From: a virus
Taxonomy: Duplodnaviria; Heunggongvirae; Uroviricota; Caudoviricetes
Reading direction: 5' to 3' (one strand)
Length of the DNA stretch: 46,173 bases
Virus record (IMG/VR): IMGVR_UViG_2778261505_000003
Span: 1 to 46,173 of that record
The position numbers and the translations under genes were made by a program. The notes beneath the pieces were generated by a model that saw only the letters and a program-made list of their open reading frames with translations, was not told the DNA's origin and did not search any database. This document shows positions 19,912 to 30,460 of this stretch, one piece after another. Numbering within the stretch: the stretch's first letter is position 1; every line of letters starts with the position of its first letter.

Positions 19912-20460
19912 ATGAAGGTTAATAAAAAGAGGCTTGCCGAAATTTTCAACGTGGACCCGCGGACGATTGAACGCTGGCAGTCTCAGGGGCTCCCTTGTGT
20001 CTCCAAAGGCAGTAAGGGCATTGAATCTGTATTTGATACTGCCATGGCAATTCAGTGGTATGCGCAGAGGGAAACTGATATCGAATACGAAAAGCTCCGC
20101 AAAGAACTGGCCGATTTGCGTGCGGCTGCGGAGTCAGATTTACAACCCGGCACCATTGACTATGAACGCTACCGGCTCACAAAAGCGCAGGCAGATGCGC
20201 AGGAACTGAAAAATGCCCGTGAAGACGGAGTGGTGCTGGAAACTGAACTGTTTACCTTCATTCTGCAACGTGTGGCACAGGAGATTTCGGGGATACTTGT
20301 GCGTGTGCCGTTGACATTACAGCGTAAATATCCGGACATTTCACCATCACACCTTGATGTGGTGAAAACTGAAATCGCGAAAGCCTCCAATGTTGCAGCT
20401 AAAGCAGGTGAAAACGTGGACGGGTGGATCGATGATTTCAGACGCACAGAAGGCAGCTAA
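19912..20460 (+). CDS. nu1: Terminase small subunit (lambda Nu1-like)
   Basis: [12 protein letters not shown]...[27 protein letters not shown] closely matches recalled lambda Nu1. Confidence 0.85.
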   Translation: MKVNKKRLAEIFNVDPRTIERWQSQGLPCVSKGSKGIESVFDTAMAIQWYAQRETDIEYEKLRKELADLRAAAESDLQPGTIDYERYRLTKAQADAQELKNAREDGVVLETELFTFILQRVAQEISGILVRVPLTLQRKYPDISPSHLDVVKTEIAKASNVAAKAGENVDGWIDDFRRTEGS

Positions 20461-22360
20461 TGCAGCCGGTGCGATAGCTACAGGGCTTTTATCTCTCATT
20501 ATTCCTGTTCCACTGACGACAGTTCAGTGGGCCAATAAACATTATTACCTTCCTAAAGAGTCGTCTTATACCCCGGGGCGGTGGGAAACACTGCCGTTTC
20601 AGGTTGGCATCATGAACTGTATGGGCAACGATTTGATTCGCACGGTTAACCTGATTAAATCTGCCCGTGTTGGTTATACAAAGATGTTGCTGGGAGTGGA
20701 GGCTTATTTTATTGAGCATAAAGCACGCAACAGCCTTCTTTTTCAGCCCACGGACTCAGCTGCTGAAGATTTTATGAAATCTCATGTTGAGCCAACGATA
20801 AGGGATGTTCCTGCATTGCTGGAGCTGGCTCCATGGTTCGGAAGAAAACACCGCGATAATACGCTCACCCTGAAGCGTTTTTCCTCCGGTGTGGGGTTCT
20901 GGTGTTTGGGTGGTGCGGCAGCAAAAAACTACCGTGAAAAATCCGTGGATGTGGTCTGTTATGACGAGCTTTCCTCGTTCGAACCGGATGTTGAAAAAGA
21001 GGGTTCGCCAACCCTGCTGGGGGATAAACGTATTGAGGGCTCTGTATGGCCAAAATCCATTCGCGGCTCGACGCCTAAAATCAAAGGTTCCTGCCAGATC
21101 GAAAAAGCCGCTAACGAGTCGGCACATTTCATGCGTTTTTATGTGCCCTGTCCGCACTGTGGGGAGGAGCAGTATCTGAAATTTGGCGATGATGCCTCGC
21201 CTTTCGGTCTTAAGTGGGAGAAGAATAAGCCAGAAAGTGTTTTCTACCTTTGTGAGCATCATGGCTGTGTGATCCATCAGTCTGAGCTTGACCAGAGTAA
21301 CGGGCGGTGGATCTGTGAAAACACGGGCATGTGGACCCGTGACGGCCTGATGTTTTTCAGCGCCCGGGGTGATGAAATTCCGCCGCCGCGCTCCATCACT
21401 TTCCATATCTGGACGGCGTACAGTCCGTTCACCACCTGGGTACAGATTGTCTATGACTGGCTGGATGCACTGAAAGATCCCAACGGCCTGAAAACTTTTG
21501 TGAACACCACGCTGGGCGAGACCTGGGAAGAGGCCGTGGGCGAAAAACTCGATCACCAGGTGCTGATGGATAAGGTTGTTCATTACACGGCGGCGGTGCC
21601 AGCCCGGGTGGTTTATCTGACGGCGGGCATTGACTCGCAGCGAAACCGTTTTGAGATGTATGTCTGGGGATGGGCTCCGGGAGAGGAAGCCTTTCTGGTG
21701 GATAAAATCATCATTATGGGACGTCCCGATGAGGAAGAGACGCTGTTACGTGTGGATGCGGCGATCAACAAAAAATACCGCCATGCAGACGGAACCGAAA
21801 TGACCATTTCCCGTGTCTGCTGGGACATCGGGGGGATCGATGGCGAAATCGTTTATCAGAGGTCAAAAAAACACGGTGTTTTCCGGGTGCTGCCGGTAAA
21901 AGGCGCATCTGTCTATGGCAAGCCGGTGATCACCATGCCAAAAACCCGCAATCAGCGGGGCGTGTATCTGTGTGAAGTGGGGACGGACACCGCAAAAGAA
22001 ATTCTCTATGCCCGTATGAAAGCCGATCCCACGCCTGCGGATGAAGCCACGTCTTATGCCATCCGTTTTCCTGATGATCCGGAGATTTTTTCGCAGACAG
22101 AGGCGCAGCAACTGGTGGCGGAAGAGCTTGTGGAGAAGTGGGAAAAAGGAAAGATGCGTCTGCTGTGGGATAACAAAAAGCGGCGTAACGAAGCGCTGGA
22201 CTGCCTGGTGTATGCCTACGCGGCATTACGTGTGTCCGTGCAACGCTGGCAGCTTGATCTGGCTGTACTGGCAAAATCCCGGGAAGAAGAGACGACCCGG
22301 CCAACCCTTAAAGAACTGGCAGCGAAGCTGTCCGGAGGAGTGAATGGTTACAGTCGCTGA
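20432..22360 (+). CDS. A: Terminase large subunit (lambda gpA-like)
   Basis: High identity to recalled lambda gpA across ATPase and nuclease regions; start overlaps the Nu1 3' end as in lambda. Confidence 0.9.
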   Translation: MISDAQKAANAAGAIATGLLSLIIPVPLTTVQWANKHYYLPKESSYTPGRWETLPFQVGIMNCMGNDLIRTVNLIKSARVGYTKMLLGVEAYFIEHKARNSLLFQPTDSAAEDFMKSHVEPTIRDVPALLELAPWFGRKHRDNTLTLKRFSSGVGFWCLGGAAAKNYREKSVDVVCYDELSSFEPDVEKEGSPTLLGDKRIEGSVWPKSIRGSTPKIKGSCQIEKAANESAHFMRFYVPCPHCGEEQYLKFGDDASPFGLKWEKNKPESVFYLCEHHGCVIHQSELDQSNGRWICENTGMWTRDGLMFFSARGDEIPPPRSITFHIWTAYSPFTTWVQIVYDWLDALKDPNGLKTFVNTTLGETWEEAVGEKLDHQVLMDKVVHYTAAVPARVVYLTAGIDSQRNRFEMYVWGWAPGEEAFLVDKIIIMGRPDEEETLLRVDAAINKKYRHADGTEMTISRVCWDIGGIDGEIVYQRSKKHGVFRVLPVKGASVYGKPVITMPKTRNQRGVYLCEVGTDTAKEILYARMKADPTPADEATSYAIRFPDDPEIFSQTEAQQLVAEELVEKWEKGKMRLLWDNKKRRNEALDCLVYAYAALRVSVQRWQLDLAVLAKSREEETTRPTLKELAAKLSGGVNGYSR

Positions 22361-22550
22361 ACTGCAGGCGCTACGTCAGGCGCGCCTTGATTTATTAACC
22401 GGTAAACGGGTGGTGTCTGTCCAGAAAGATGGTCGCAGAATTGAATATACGGCGGCTTCTCTGGATGAGCTTAACCGGGCGATCAATGATGCGGAGTCGG
22501 TACTGGGGACAACCCGCCGTCGCCGTCGTCCGCTGGGAGTGAGGTTATGA
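22344..22550 (+). CDS. W: Head-tail connector protein gpW, 68 aa
   Basis: Size, position and LTGKRVVSVQKDGRRIEYTAASL match to recalled lambda W. Confidence 0.85.
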   Translation: MVTVAELQALRQARLDLLTGKRVVSVQKDGRRIEYTAASLDELNRAINDAESVLGTTRRRRRPLGVRL

Positions 22551-24139
22551 AACGAACGCCTGTCCTGATTGATGTGAACGGCGTTCCGCTTCGGGAGAGC
22601 CTCAGCTACAACGGGGGCGGCGCAGGATTTGGCGGGCAAATGGCGGAGTGGTTGCCACCGGCGCAGAGTGCCGATGCAGCTCTGTTGCCCGCGTTGCGTC
22701 TGGGGAATGCCCGTGCAGATGATCTGGTACGCAATAACGGGATAGCGGCCAATGCGGTGGCACTGCATAAGGATCACATTGTCGGGCATATGTTTCTTAT
22801 CAGCTACCGTCCGAACTGGCGCTGGCTGGGGATGCGGGAGACCGCGGCAAAACGTTTTGTCGATGAGGTGGAGGCGGCCTGGTCGGAATACGCAGAAGGG
22901 ATGTTTGGCGAGATCGACGTGGAAGGGAAACGCACGTTTACGGAATTTATCCGTGAAGGTGTGGGCGTTCATGCGTTTAACGGCGAAATCTTTGTGCAGC
23001 CGGTCTGGGATGCGGAGACCACGCAGTTATTCCGTACGCGTTTTAAAGCCGTGAGTCCGAAACGGGTGGACACGCCAGGACACGGTATGGGGAACCGCTT
23101 TCTGCGGGCCGGTGTGGAGGTCGATCGATATGGCCGTGCCGTTGCGTACCATATCTGTGAGGATGATTTTCCGTTCTCTGGTAGTGGACGATGGGAACGG
23201 ATCCCGCGTGAACTACCCACCGGGCGTCCGGCCATGCTGCATATTTTCGAGCCGGTGGAGGACGGGCAGACCCGTGGGGCTAATCAGTTTTACAGCGTCA
23301 TGGAACGGTTGAAGATGCTGGATTCCCTGCAGGCAACACAGCTTCAGTCAGCCATAGTGAAGGCAATGTATGCAGCGACAATTGAAAGTGAACTTGATAC
23401 CGAAAAGGCCTTTGAATATATCGCCGGTGCGCCGCAGGGGCAGAAGGATAATCCGCTTATTAATATTCTGGAGAAGTTCTCCAGCTGGTATGACACGAAT
23501 AACGTGACGCTGGGCGGTGTCAAAATTCCGCACCTTTTCCCCGGGGATGATCTGAAACTGCAGACTGCGCAGGATTCAGACAATGGATTTTCGGCACTTG
23601 AACAGGCGCTGCTGCGGTATATCGCCGCCGGTCTTGGCGTTTCCTACGAACAGTTGTCCCGTGATTACTCGAAGGTCAGTTATTCAAGTGCCCGCGCATC
23701 CGCCAATGAGTCGTGGCGCTATTTTATGGGGCGGCGAAAATTTATTGCGGCCCGGCTGGCCACGCAGATGTTTTCCTGCTGGCTGGAAGAGGCACTTCTT
23801 CGGGGGATTATTCGTCCGCCACGGGCGCGTTTTGATTTTTATCAGGCGCGATCAGCCTGGTCACGGGCAGAGTGGATTGGTGCCGGAAGAATGGCCATTG
23901 ACGGGCTCAAGGAGGTTCAGGAATCAGTGATGCGCATTGAGGCCGGACTGAGCACGTATGAGAAAGAGCTGGCGCTGATGGGCGAGGATTATCAGGACAT
24001 TTTCCGCCAGCAGGTCAGGGAATCTGCAGAGCGGCAAAAAGCCGGGCTCTCACGTCCGGTGTGGATAGCGCAGGCGTATCAGCAGCAGATAGCGGAGAGT
24101 CGCAGGCCGGAAGAGGAGACAACACCACGTGAAACGTAA
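22547..24139 (+). CDS. B: Portal protein (lambda gpB-like)
   Basis: 530-aa ORF following W; lambda gene order and similarity. Confidence 0.88.
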   Translation: MKRTPVLIDVNGVPLRESLSYNGGGAGFGGQMAEWLPPAQSADAALLPALRLGNARADDLVRNNGIAANAVALHKDHIVGHMFLISYRPNWRWLGMRETAAKRFVDEVEAAWSEYAEGMFGEIDVEGKRTFTEFIREGVGVHAFNGEIFVQPVWDAETTQLFRTRFKAVSPKRVDTPGHGMGNRFLRAGVEVDRYGRAVAYHICEDDFPFSGSGRWERIPRELPTGRPAMLHIFEPVEDGQTRGANQFYSVMERLKMLDSLQATQLQSAIVKAMYAATIESELDTEKAFEYIAGAPQGQKDNPLINILEKFSSWYDTNNVTLGGVKIPHLFPGDDLKLQTAQDSDNGFSALEQALLRYIAAGLGVSYEQLSRDYSKVSYSSARASANESWRYFMGRRKFIAARLATQMFSCWLEEALLRGIIRPPRARFDFYQARSAWSRAEWIGAGRMAIDGLKEVQESVMRIEAGLSTYEKELALMGEDYQDIFRQQVRESAERQKAGLSRPVWIAQAYQQQIAESRRPEEETTPRET

Positions 24140-25634
24140 TCTTTCACACATTATTGCCGCAGCATTCAATGAACCGCTGCTTCTGGAGCCCGCCTATGCG
24201 CGGGTTTTCTTTTGCGCGCTCGGGCGCGAGATGGGGGCAGCAAGTCTTTCGGTACCACAGCAGCAGGTACAGCTTGATGCTCCCGGAATGCTGGCTGAAA
24301 CGGACGAGTACATGGCCGGAGGTAAACGACCGGCCCGTGTTTACAGGGTGGTGAACGGTATTGCTGTACTGCCGGTGATCGGCACGCTGGTGCACCGGCT
24401 GGGTGGTATGCGGCCATTTTCCGGAATGACAGGCTATGACGGTATTGTCGCCTGTCTTCAGCAGGCAATGGCGGATAGCCAGGTGCGGGGCGTACTGCTG
24501 GACATTGACAGTCCGGGCGGGCAGGCCGCCGGCGCGTTTGACTGTGCTGACATGATTTACCGCCTCCGTCAGCAGAAGCCGGTCTGGGCACTGTGCAATG
24601 ACGCGGCCTGTTCTGCAGCCATGCTGCTGGCGTCGGCCTGCTCCCGACGGCTGGTTACCCAGACATCCCGTATCGGCTCCATTGGCGTGATGATGAGCCA
24701 TGTCAGCTATGCCGGTCATCTGGCGCAGGCCGGTGTGGATATCACGCTGATTTACTCAGGGACGCACAAGGTGGATGGCAATCAGTTTGAAGCGTTGCCG
24801 GCAGAGGTTCGCCAGGATATGCAGCAGCGGATTGATGCGGCGCGCCGGATGTTTGCCGAAAAAGTGGCGATGTATACCGGTCTGTCTGTTGATGCCGTCA
24901 CGGGAACAGAGGCCGCCGTTTTTGAAGGTCAGTCCGGCATTGAGGCCGGGCTGGCGGATGAATTAATCAATGCGTCGGATGCCATCAGTGTGATGGCCAC
25001 GGCGCTGAACAGTAATGTCAGAGGAGGCACTATGCCGCAATTAACTGCAACGGAAGCCGCCGCGCAGGAGAACCAGCGAGTGATGGGGATCCTGACATGC
25101 CAGGAAGCGAAAGGACGTGAACAGCTTGCCACGATGCTGGCAGGACAACAGGGCATGAGCGTTGAACAGGCCCGGGCGATTCTGGCCGCGGCGGCACCGC
25201 AGCAGCCGGTGGCATCCACGCAGAGTGAAGCCGATCGCATTATGGCGTGTGAAGAAGCGAACGGTCGTGAACAACTGGCGGCAACGCTGGCGGCGATGCC
25301 GGAGATGACGGTGGAAAAAGCCCGCCCGATCCTGGCTGCTTCACCGCAGGCGGATGCCGGACCATCACTCCGTGATCAGATCATGGCCCTGGATGAGGCA
25401 AAAGGGGCTGAGGCGCAGGCTGAACAGCTGGCTGCCTGCCCGGGAATGACTGTGGAGAGCGCCCGGGCTGTGCTGGCTGCGGGATCAGGTAAGGCAGAAC
25501 CGGTCTCTGCATCCACAACCGCCATGTTTGAACATTTCATGGCGAACCATTCACCGGCAGCGGTACAGGGTGGCGTGCCACAGACGTCAGCAGACGGTGA
25601 TGCGGACGTAAAAATGCTCATGGCCATGCCATGA
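24129..25634 (+). CDS. C: Prohead protease/scaffold (lambda C/Nu3-like, S49 family) with C-terminal tandem repeats
   Basis: Position after portal; S49/ClpP-like core (GIAVLPVIGTLV...DSPGGQAAG); three roughly 40-aa repeats in the C-terminal third. Confidence 0.8.
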   Translation: MKRNLSHIIAAAFNEPLLLEPAYARVFFCALGREMGAASLSVPQQQVQLDAPGMLAETDEYMAGGKRPARVYRVVNGIAVLPVIGTLVHRLGGMRPFSGMTGYDGIVACLQQAMADSQVRGVLLDIDSPGGQAAGAFDCADMIYRLRQQKPVWALCNDAACSAAMLLASACSRRLVTQTSRIGSIGVMMSHVSYAGHLAQAGVDITLIYSGTHKVDGNQFEALPAEVRQDMQQRIDAARRMFAEKVAMYTGLSVDAVTGTEAAVFEGQSGIEAGLADELINASDAISVMATALNSNVRGGTMPQLTATEAAAQENQRVMGILTCQEAKGREQLATMLAGQQGMSVEQARAILAAAAPQQPVASTQSEADRIMACEEANGREQLAATLAAMPEMTVEKARPILAASPQADAGPSLRDQIMALDEAKGAEAQAEQLAACPGMTVESARAVLAAGSGKAEPVSASTTAMFEHFMANHSPAAVQGGVPQTSADGDADVKMLMAMP

Positions 25635-25670
25635 AGTCAGTGCAGACCATCAATAGGAGGTTTTTACAAT

Positions 25671-26018
25671 ATGGTGACGAAAACCATCACTGAACAGCGT
25701 GCGGAAGTACGTATTTTTGCCGGTAATGATCCGGTTCATACCGCCACAGGCAGCAGCGGGATTTCCTCGCCAACACCGGCACTGACGCCCCTGATGCTGG
25801 ATGAAGCCACCGGGAAACTGGTGGTCTGGGACGGACAGAAAGCCGGTGGTGCGGTTGGCATACTGGTACTGCCGCTTGAAGGCACAGAGACGGCGCTGAC
25901 GTATTACAAGTCGGGAACCTTTGAGACGGAGGCAATCCACTGGCCTGAAAGTGTGGATGAACACAAAAAGGCCAACGCCTTTGCCGGCAGTGCCCTGAGT
26001 CACGCGGCGCTGCCGTAA
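25671..26018 (+). CDS. D: Head decoration protein gpD
   Basis: HTATG...LTPLMLD...WDG...GILV...YYKSGTFE matches recalled lambda D; the overlapping minus-strand ORF is rejected. Confidence 0.85.
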   Translation: MVTKTITEQRAEVRIFAGNDPVHTATGSSGISSPTPALTPLMLDEATGKLVVWDGQKAGGAVGILVLPLEGTETALTYYKSGTFETEAIHWPESVDEHKKANAFAGSALSHAALP

Positions 26019-26075
26019 CACGTTATCAGGCCACCGTGGTGGCCTGACTGATTTCTGAATGAAAGGAACTGATTT

Positions 26076-27104
26076 ATGGGATTGTTTACGACCCGCCAGT
26101 TACTCGGTTATACCGAACAAAAAGTGAAATTTCGTGCGCTGTTTCTGGAGCTGTTTTTCCGCCGTACGGTGAATTTCCATACCGAAGAAGTGATGCTGGA
26201 CAAAATTACCGGAAAAACGCCGGTGGCGGCCTATGTCTCCCCGGTTGTTGAAGGAAAAGTGCTGCGTCATCGTGGTGGTGAAACCCGCGTGTTGCGTCCG
26301 GGCTACGTCAAGCCGAAACACGAATTTAATTACCAGCAGGCGGTTGAGCGCCTTCCTGGTGAAGATCCATCTCAACTGAACGATCCGGCTTACCGCCGTC
26401 TGCGTATCATTACCGATAACCTCAAACAGGAAGAGCACGCGATTGTCCAGGTGGAAGAAATGCAGGCGGTAAATGCTGTGTTGTATGGCAAATACACCAT
26501 GGAAGGAGACCAGTTCGAGAAAATTGAGGTCGATTTTGGCAGGTCGACGAAGAATAACATCACTCAGGGTAGTGGTAAGGAGTGGTCAAAACAGGATCGT
26601 GACACGTTCGATCCTGCGCATGATATTGACCTCTACTGCGACCAGGCCAGCGGTCTTGTGAATATTGCCATTATGGACGGTACCGTCTGGCGTCTTCTGA
26701 ATGGTTTTAAGCTGTTCCGCGAAAAACTGGATACCCGTCGCGGTTCAAATTCTCAACTCGAAACGGCAGTGAAAGATCTGGGCGCTGTGGTGTCCTTCAA
26801 GGGGTATTACGGCGATCTGGCCATTGTTGTGGCGAAAACGTCTTATATAGCAGAAGACGGTATCGAAAAACGTTATCTTCCAGATGGCATGCTGGTACTG
26901 GGGAATACTGCTGCAGATGGGATCCGTTGTTACGGTGCCATTCAGGATGCTCAGGCGTTGTCCGAAGGTGTGGTGGCCTCTTCCCGTTATCCGAAACACT
27001 GGCTGACGGTGGGGGATCCCGCCCGTGAATTTACCATGACGCAGTCCGCGCCGCTGATGGTGTTGCCGGACCCGGATGAGTTTGTGGTGGTACAGGTGAA
27101 ATAA
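26076..27104 (+). CDS. E: Major capsid protein gpE
   Basis: 342 aa; extensive identity to recalled lambda E (PGYVKPKHE..., TGDPAREFTM.QSAPLM). Confidence 0.9.
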   Translation: MGLFTTRQLLGYTEQKVKFRALFLELFFRRTVNFHTEEVMLDKITGKTPVAAYVSPVVEGKVLRHRGGETRVLRPGYVKPKHEFNYQQAVERLPGEDPSQLNDPAYRRLRIITDNLKQEEHAIVQVEEMQAVNAVLYGKYTMEGDQFEKIEVDFGRSTKNNITQGSGKEWSKQDRDTFDPAHDIDLYCDQASGLVNIAIMDGTVWRLLNGFKLFREKLDTRRGSNSQLETAVKDLGAVVSFKGYYGDLAIVVAKTSYIAEDGIEKRYLPDGMLVLGNTAADGIRCYGAIQDAQALSEGVVASSRYPKHWLTVGDPAREFTMTQSAPLMVLPDPDEFVVVQVK

Positions 27105-27155
27105 TCCGTGAGCGGGGGCGAAATGCCCCCGTGTCTTTTTTCACAGGGGGCTGAT

Positions 27156-27530
27156 ATGGCAACGAAAGAGCAAAATCTGAAACGGCTTAATGAACTGGCC
27201 CTGATTCTGGGGCGTGAGCCGGATATATCCGGGAGTGCCGCAGAGATAGCGCAGCGGGTGGCAGAATGGGAAGAAGAAATGCAGTCATCCGGCGATGATG
27301 TACAGGTTATGAATATGGATATCCGGGAGCGGGAAACCGCGGCTCATGATGTTCGTGAGGAAACATCCGGCGCGTTAACGCGCATCAGAGTTCTGACCTG
27401 CCTCCATCTCTGTGGCGTTGATGGTGAAACGGGGGAATCCGTCGAGCTTGCGGATGTTGGTCGGGTGATTCTGATTATGTCCTCAGATGCAAAAACACAC
27501 GTTGATGGTGGAATGGCTGTTTATGCGTGA
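27156..27530 (+). CDS. FI: DNA packaging protein FI-like
   Basis: Position between E and FII; start chosen at MATKEQNLKRL. Confidence 0.7.
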   Translation: MATKEQNLKRLNELALILGREPDISGSAAEIAQRVAEWEEEMQSSGDDVQVMNMDIRERETAAHDVREETSGALTRIRVLTCLHLCGVDGETGESVELADVGRVILIMSSDAKTHVDGGMAVYA

Positions 27531-27876
27531 TTTTCAGAATGCCTTTGATGCCGCCCTTGCCGGGGTGGACAGTACGATTGTTGAAGTGATGGGCATCAGT
27601 GCGCAGTTCACCTCCGGTGCACAGCGTGGCGGCGAGGTTCATGGCGTTTTTGACGATCCGGAGTCGCTGGGTTTTGCCAGTAGTGGGATCCGTATTGAAG
27701 GAAGTAACCCGTCATTATTTGTGCTTACGGATACGGTTTGTGCTGTACGGCGTGGTGACACGCTGACCATTAACGGCGAGATGTTCTGGGTGGACCGTGT
27801 TTCTCCTGATGACAGAGGGAGTTGTTATCTCTGGCTCAACCGGGGGCAACCACCTGCCGCCAGCCGTCGCCGCTGA
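27523..27876 (+). CDS. FII: Head completion protein FII
   Basis: MRDFQNAFDAAL...GDTLTINGEMFWVDRVSPDDRGSCYLWL matches recalled lambda FII. Confidence 0.85.
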   Translation: MRDFQNAFDAALAGVDSTIVEVMGISAQFTSGAQRGGEVHGVFDDPESLGFASSGIRIEGSNPSLFVLTDTVCAVRRGDTLTINGEMFWVDRVSPDDRGSCYLWLNRGQPPAASRRR

Positions 27877-27887
27877 AAGGGGGATGT

Positions 27888-28466
27888 ATGGCCATACAGG
27901 GTCTTGAGCAGGCAGTTGAAAACCTCAGCCGTATCAGCAAAACGGCGGTGCGCGGTGCCGCCGCAATGGTCATTAACCGCGTTGCTTCATCCGCGATATC
28001 GCAGTCGGCGACACAGGTTGCCCGTGAGACAAAGGTACGCCGGAAACTGGTAAAGGAAAGGGCCAGGCTGAAAAGGGCCACGGTCAAAAATCCGCAGGCC
28101 AGAATCAAAGTTAACCGGGGGGATTTGCCCGTAATCAAGCTGGGTAATGCGCGGGTTGTCCTTTCGCGCCGCAGGCGTCGTAAAAAGGGGCAGCGTTCAT
28201 CCCTGAAAGGTGGCGGCAGCGTGCTTGTGGTGGGTAACCGTCGTATTCCCGGCGCGTTTATTCAGCAACTGAAAAATGGCCGGTGGCATGTCATGCAGCG
28301 TGTGGCCGGGAAAAACCGTTACCCCATTGATGTGGTGAAAATCCCGATGGCGGTGCCGCTGACCACGGCGTTTAAACAGAATATTGAGCGGATACGGCGT
28401 GAGCGTCTTCCGAAAGAGCTGGGCTATGCGCTGCAGCATCAACTGAGGATGGTAATAAAGCGATGA
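27888..28466 (+). CDS. Z: Tail completion protein gpZ
   Basis: From MAIQGLEQAVENLSRISKTAV, near-identical to recalled lambda Z. Confidence 0.9.
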   Translation: MAIQGLEQAVENLSRISKTAVRGAAAMVINRVASSAISQSATQVARETKVRRKLVKERARLKRATVKNPQARIKVNRGDLPVIKLGNARVVLSRRRRRKKGQRSSLKGGGSVLVVGNRRIPGAFIQQLKNGRWHVMQRVAGKNRYPIDVVKIPMAVPLTTAFKQNIERIRRERLPKELGYALQHQLRMVIKR

Positions 28467-28858
28467 AACATACTGAACTCCGTGCAGCCGTACTGGATGC
28501 ACTGGAGAAGCATGACACCGGGGCGACGTTTTTTGATGGTCGCCCCGCTGTTTTTGATGAGGCGGATTTTCCGGCAGTTGCCGTTTATCTCACCGGCGCT
28601 GAATACACGGGCGAAGAGCTGGACAGCGATACCTGGCAGGCGGAGCTGCATATCGAAGTTTTCCTGCCTGCTCAGGTGCCGGATTCAGAGCTGGATTCGT
28701 GGATGGAGTCCCGGATTTATCCGGTGATGAGTGATATCCCGGCACTGTCAGATTTGATCACCAGTATGGTGGCCAGCGGCTATGACTACCGGCGCGACGA
28801 TGATGCGGGCCTGTGGAGTTCAGCCGATCTGACTTATGTCATTACCTATGAAATGTGA
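28463..28858 (+). CDS. U: Tail terminator gpU
   Basis: 131 aa, essentially identical to recalled lambda U. Confidence 0.9.
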   Translation: MKHTELRAAVLDALEKHDTGATFFDGRPAVFDEADFPAVAVYLTGAEYTGEELDSDTWQAELHIEVFLPAQVPDSELDSWMESRIYPVMSDIPALSDLITSMVASGYDYRRDDDAGLWSSADLTYVITYEM

Positions 28859-28865
28859 GGACGAT

Positions 28866-29606
28866 ATGCCTGTACCAAATCCAGTAATGCCGGTGAAAGG
28901 GGCCGGGACCACCCTGTGGGTTTATAAGGGGAACGGTGACCCTTATGCGAACCCGCTTTCAGACGTTGACTGGTCGCGTCTGGCTAAAGTTAAAGACCTG
29001 ACGCCCGGCGAACTGACCGCTGAGTCCTATGACGACAGCTATCTCGATGATGAAGATGCGGACTGGACTGCGACCGGGCAGGGGCAGAAATCAGCCGGAG
29101 ATACCAGCTTCACGCTGGCGTGGATGCCCGGAGAGCAGGGGCAGCAGGCGCTGCTGGCGTGGTTTAATGAAGGTGATACCCGTGCCTATAAAATCCGCTT
29201 CCCGAACGGCACGGTCGATGTGTTCCGCGGCTGGGTCAGCAGTATCGGTAAGGCGGTGACGGCGAAGGAAGTGATCACCCGTACGGTGAAGGTCACCAAT
29301 GTGGGCCGTCCGTCAATGGCAGAAGATCGCAGTACGGTGACGGCGGCAACCGGTATGACTGTGACGCCTGCCAGCTCCTCGGTGGTGAAAGGGCAGAGCA
29401 CCACGCTGACCGTGGCATTCCAGCCGGAAGGCGCAACCGACAAGAGCTTCCGTGCGGTGTCAGCGGATAAAACAACAGCCACCGTGTCGGTCAGTGGTAT
29501 GACCATCACCGTGAAAGGCGTTGCTGCAGGTAAGGTCAACATTCCGGTTGTATCCGGTAATGGTGAACTTGCTGTGGTTGCAGAAATCACCGTCACCGAC
29601 AGTTAA
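28866..29606 (+). CDS. V: Major tail tube protein gpV
   Basis: From [22 protein letters not shown]; near-identical to recalled lambda V including the C-terminal Ig-like region. Confidence 0.9.
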   Translation: MPVPNPVMPVKGAGTTLWVYKGNGDPYANPLSDVDWSRLAKVKDLTPGELTAESYDDSYLDDEDADWTATGQGQKSAGDTSFTLAWMPGEQGQQALLAWFNEGDTRAYKIRFPNGTVDVFRGWVSSIGKAVTAKEVITRTVKVTNVGRPSMAEDRSTVTAATGMTVTPASSSVVKGQSTTLTVAFQPEGATDKSFRAVSADKTTATVSVSGMTITVKGVAAGKVNIPVVSGNGELAVVAEITVTDS

Positions 29607-29621
29607 TCCGGAGAGTCAGCG

Positions 29622-30044
29622 ATGTTCCTGAAAACCGAATCATTTGAACATAACGGCGTGACCGTCACGCTTTCTGAACTGTCAGCCCTGCAGCGTATTG
29701 AGCATCTTTTTCTGATGAAACAACAGGCAGAACAGGCGGACTCCGACAGCAACCAACAGGTTGCTTTGGCAGACCTTATCAGAACCGGTGCTTTTGTGGT
29801 GGCGATGTCCCTGTGGCATAACCATCCGAAGAAGACGCAGATGCCGTCCATGAATGAAGCCGTTAAACAGATTGAGCAGGAAGTGCTTACCACCTGGCCC
29901 GCGGAGGCAATTTCTCATGCTGAAAACGTGGTGTACCGGCTGTCCGGTATGTATGAATTTGTGGTGAATGATGCTCCTGAACAGACAGAGGACGCCGGGC
30001 CTGCAGAGCCTGTTTCTGCGGGAAAGTGTTCGACGGTGAGCTGA
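29622..30044 (+). CDS. G: Tail assembly chaperone gpG
   Basis: 140 aa, near-identical to recalled lambda G. Confidence 0.9.
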   Translation: MFLKTESFEHNGVTVTLSELSALQRIEHLFLMKQQAEQADSDSNQQVALADLIRTGAFVVAMSLWHNHPKKTQMPSMNEAVKQIEQEVLTTWPAEAISHAENVVYRLSGMYEFVVNDAPEQTEDAGPAEPVSAGKCSTVS

Positions 30045-30460
30045 GTTTTGCCCTGAAACTGGCGCGTGAGATGGGGCGACCTGACTGGCGCGCCATGCTT
30101 GCCGGGATGTCATCCACAGAGTATGCCGACTGGCACCGCTTTTACAGTACCCATTATTTTCATGATGTTCTGCTGGATATGCACTTTTCCGGGCTGACGT
30201 ACACCGTGCTCAGCCTGTTTTTCAGCGATCCGGAGATGCATCCGCTGGATTTCAGTCTGCTGAATCGGTGTGAGGCTGACGAAGAGCCTGAAGATGATGT
30301 GCTGATGCAGAAAGCGGCAGGGCTTGCCGGAGGCGTCCGCTTTGGTCCGGACGGGAATAAAGTTATCCCCGCTTCCCCGGATGTGGCGGACATGACGGAG
30401 GATGACGTAATGCTGATGACAGTATCAGAAGGGATCGCAGGAGGAGTCCGGTATGGCTGA
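29622..30460 (+). CDS. GT: Tail assembly chaperone gpGT, produced by programmed -1 frameshift at GGGAAAG (30020-30026)
   Basis: Slippery heptamer present near the end of G; T-frame ORF 30026-30460 matches recalled lambda T. Confidence 0.75.

Noticed and set aside
20756-21583. 275-aa minus-strand ORF
   Set aside because: Lies entirely within the terminase large subunit gene on the opposite strand; composition not protein-like.
22376-22972. 198-aa minus-strand ORF
   Set aside because: Antisense to gpW and the portal gene; spurious.
25650-26021. 123-aa minus-strand ORF
   Set aside because: Antisense to the gpD gene, whose plus-strand translation matches lambda D.
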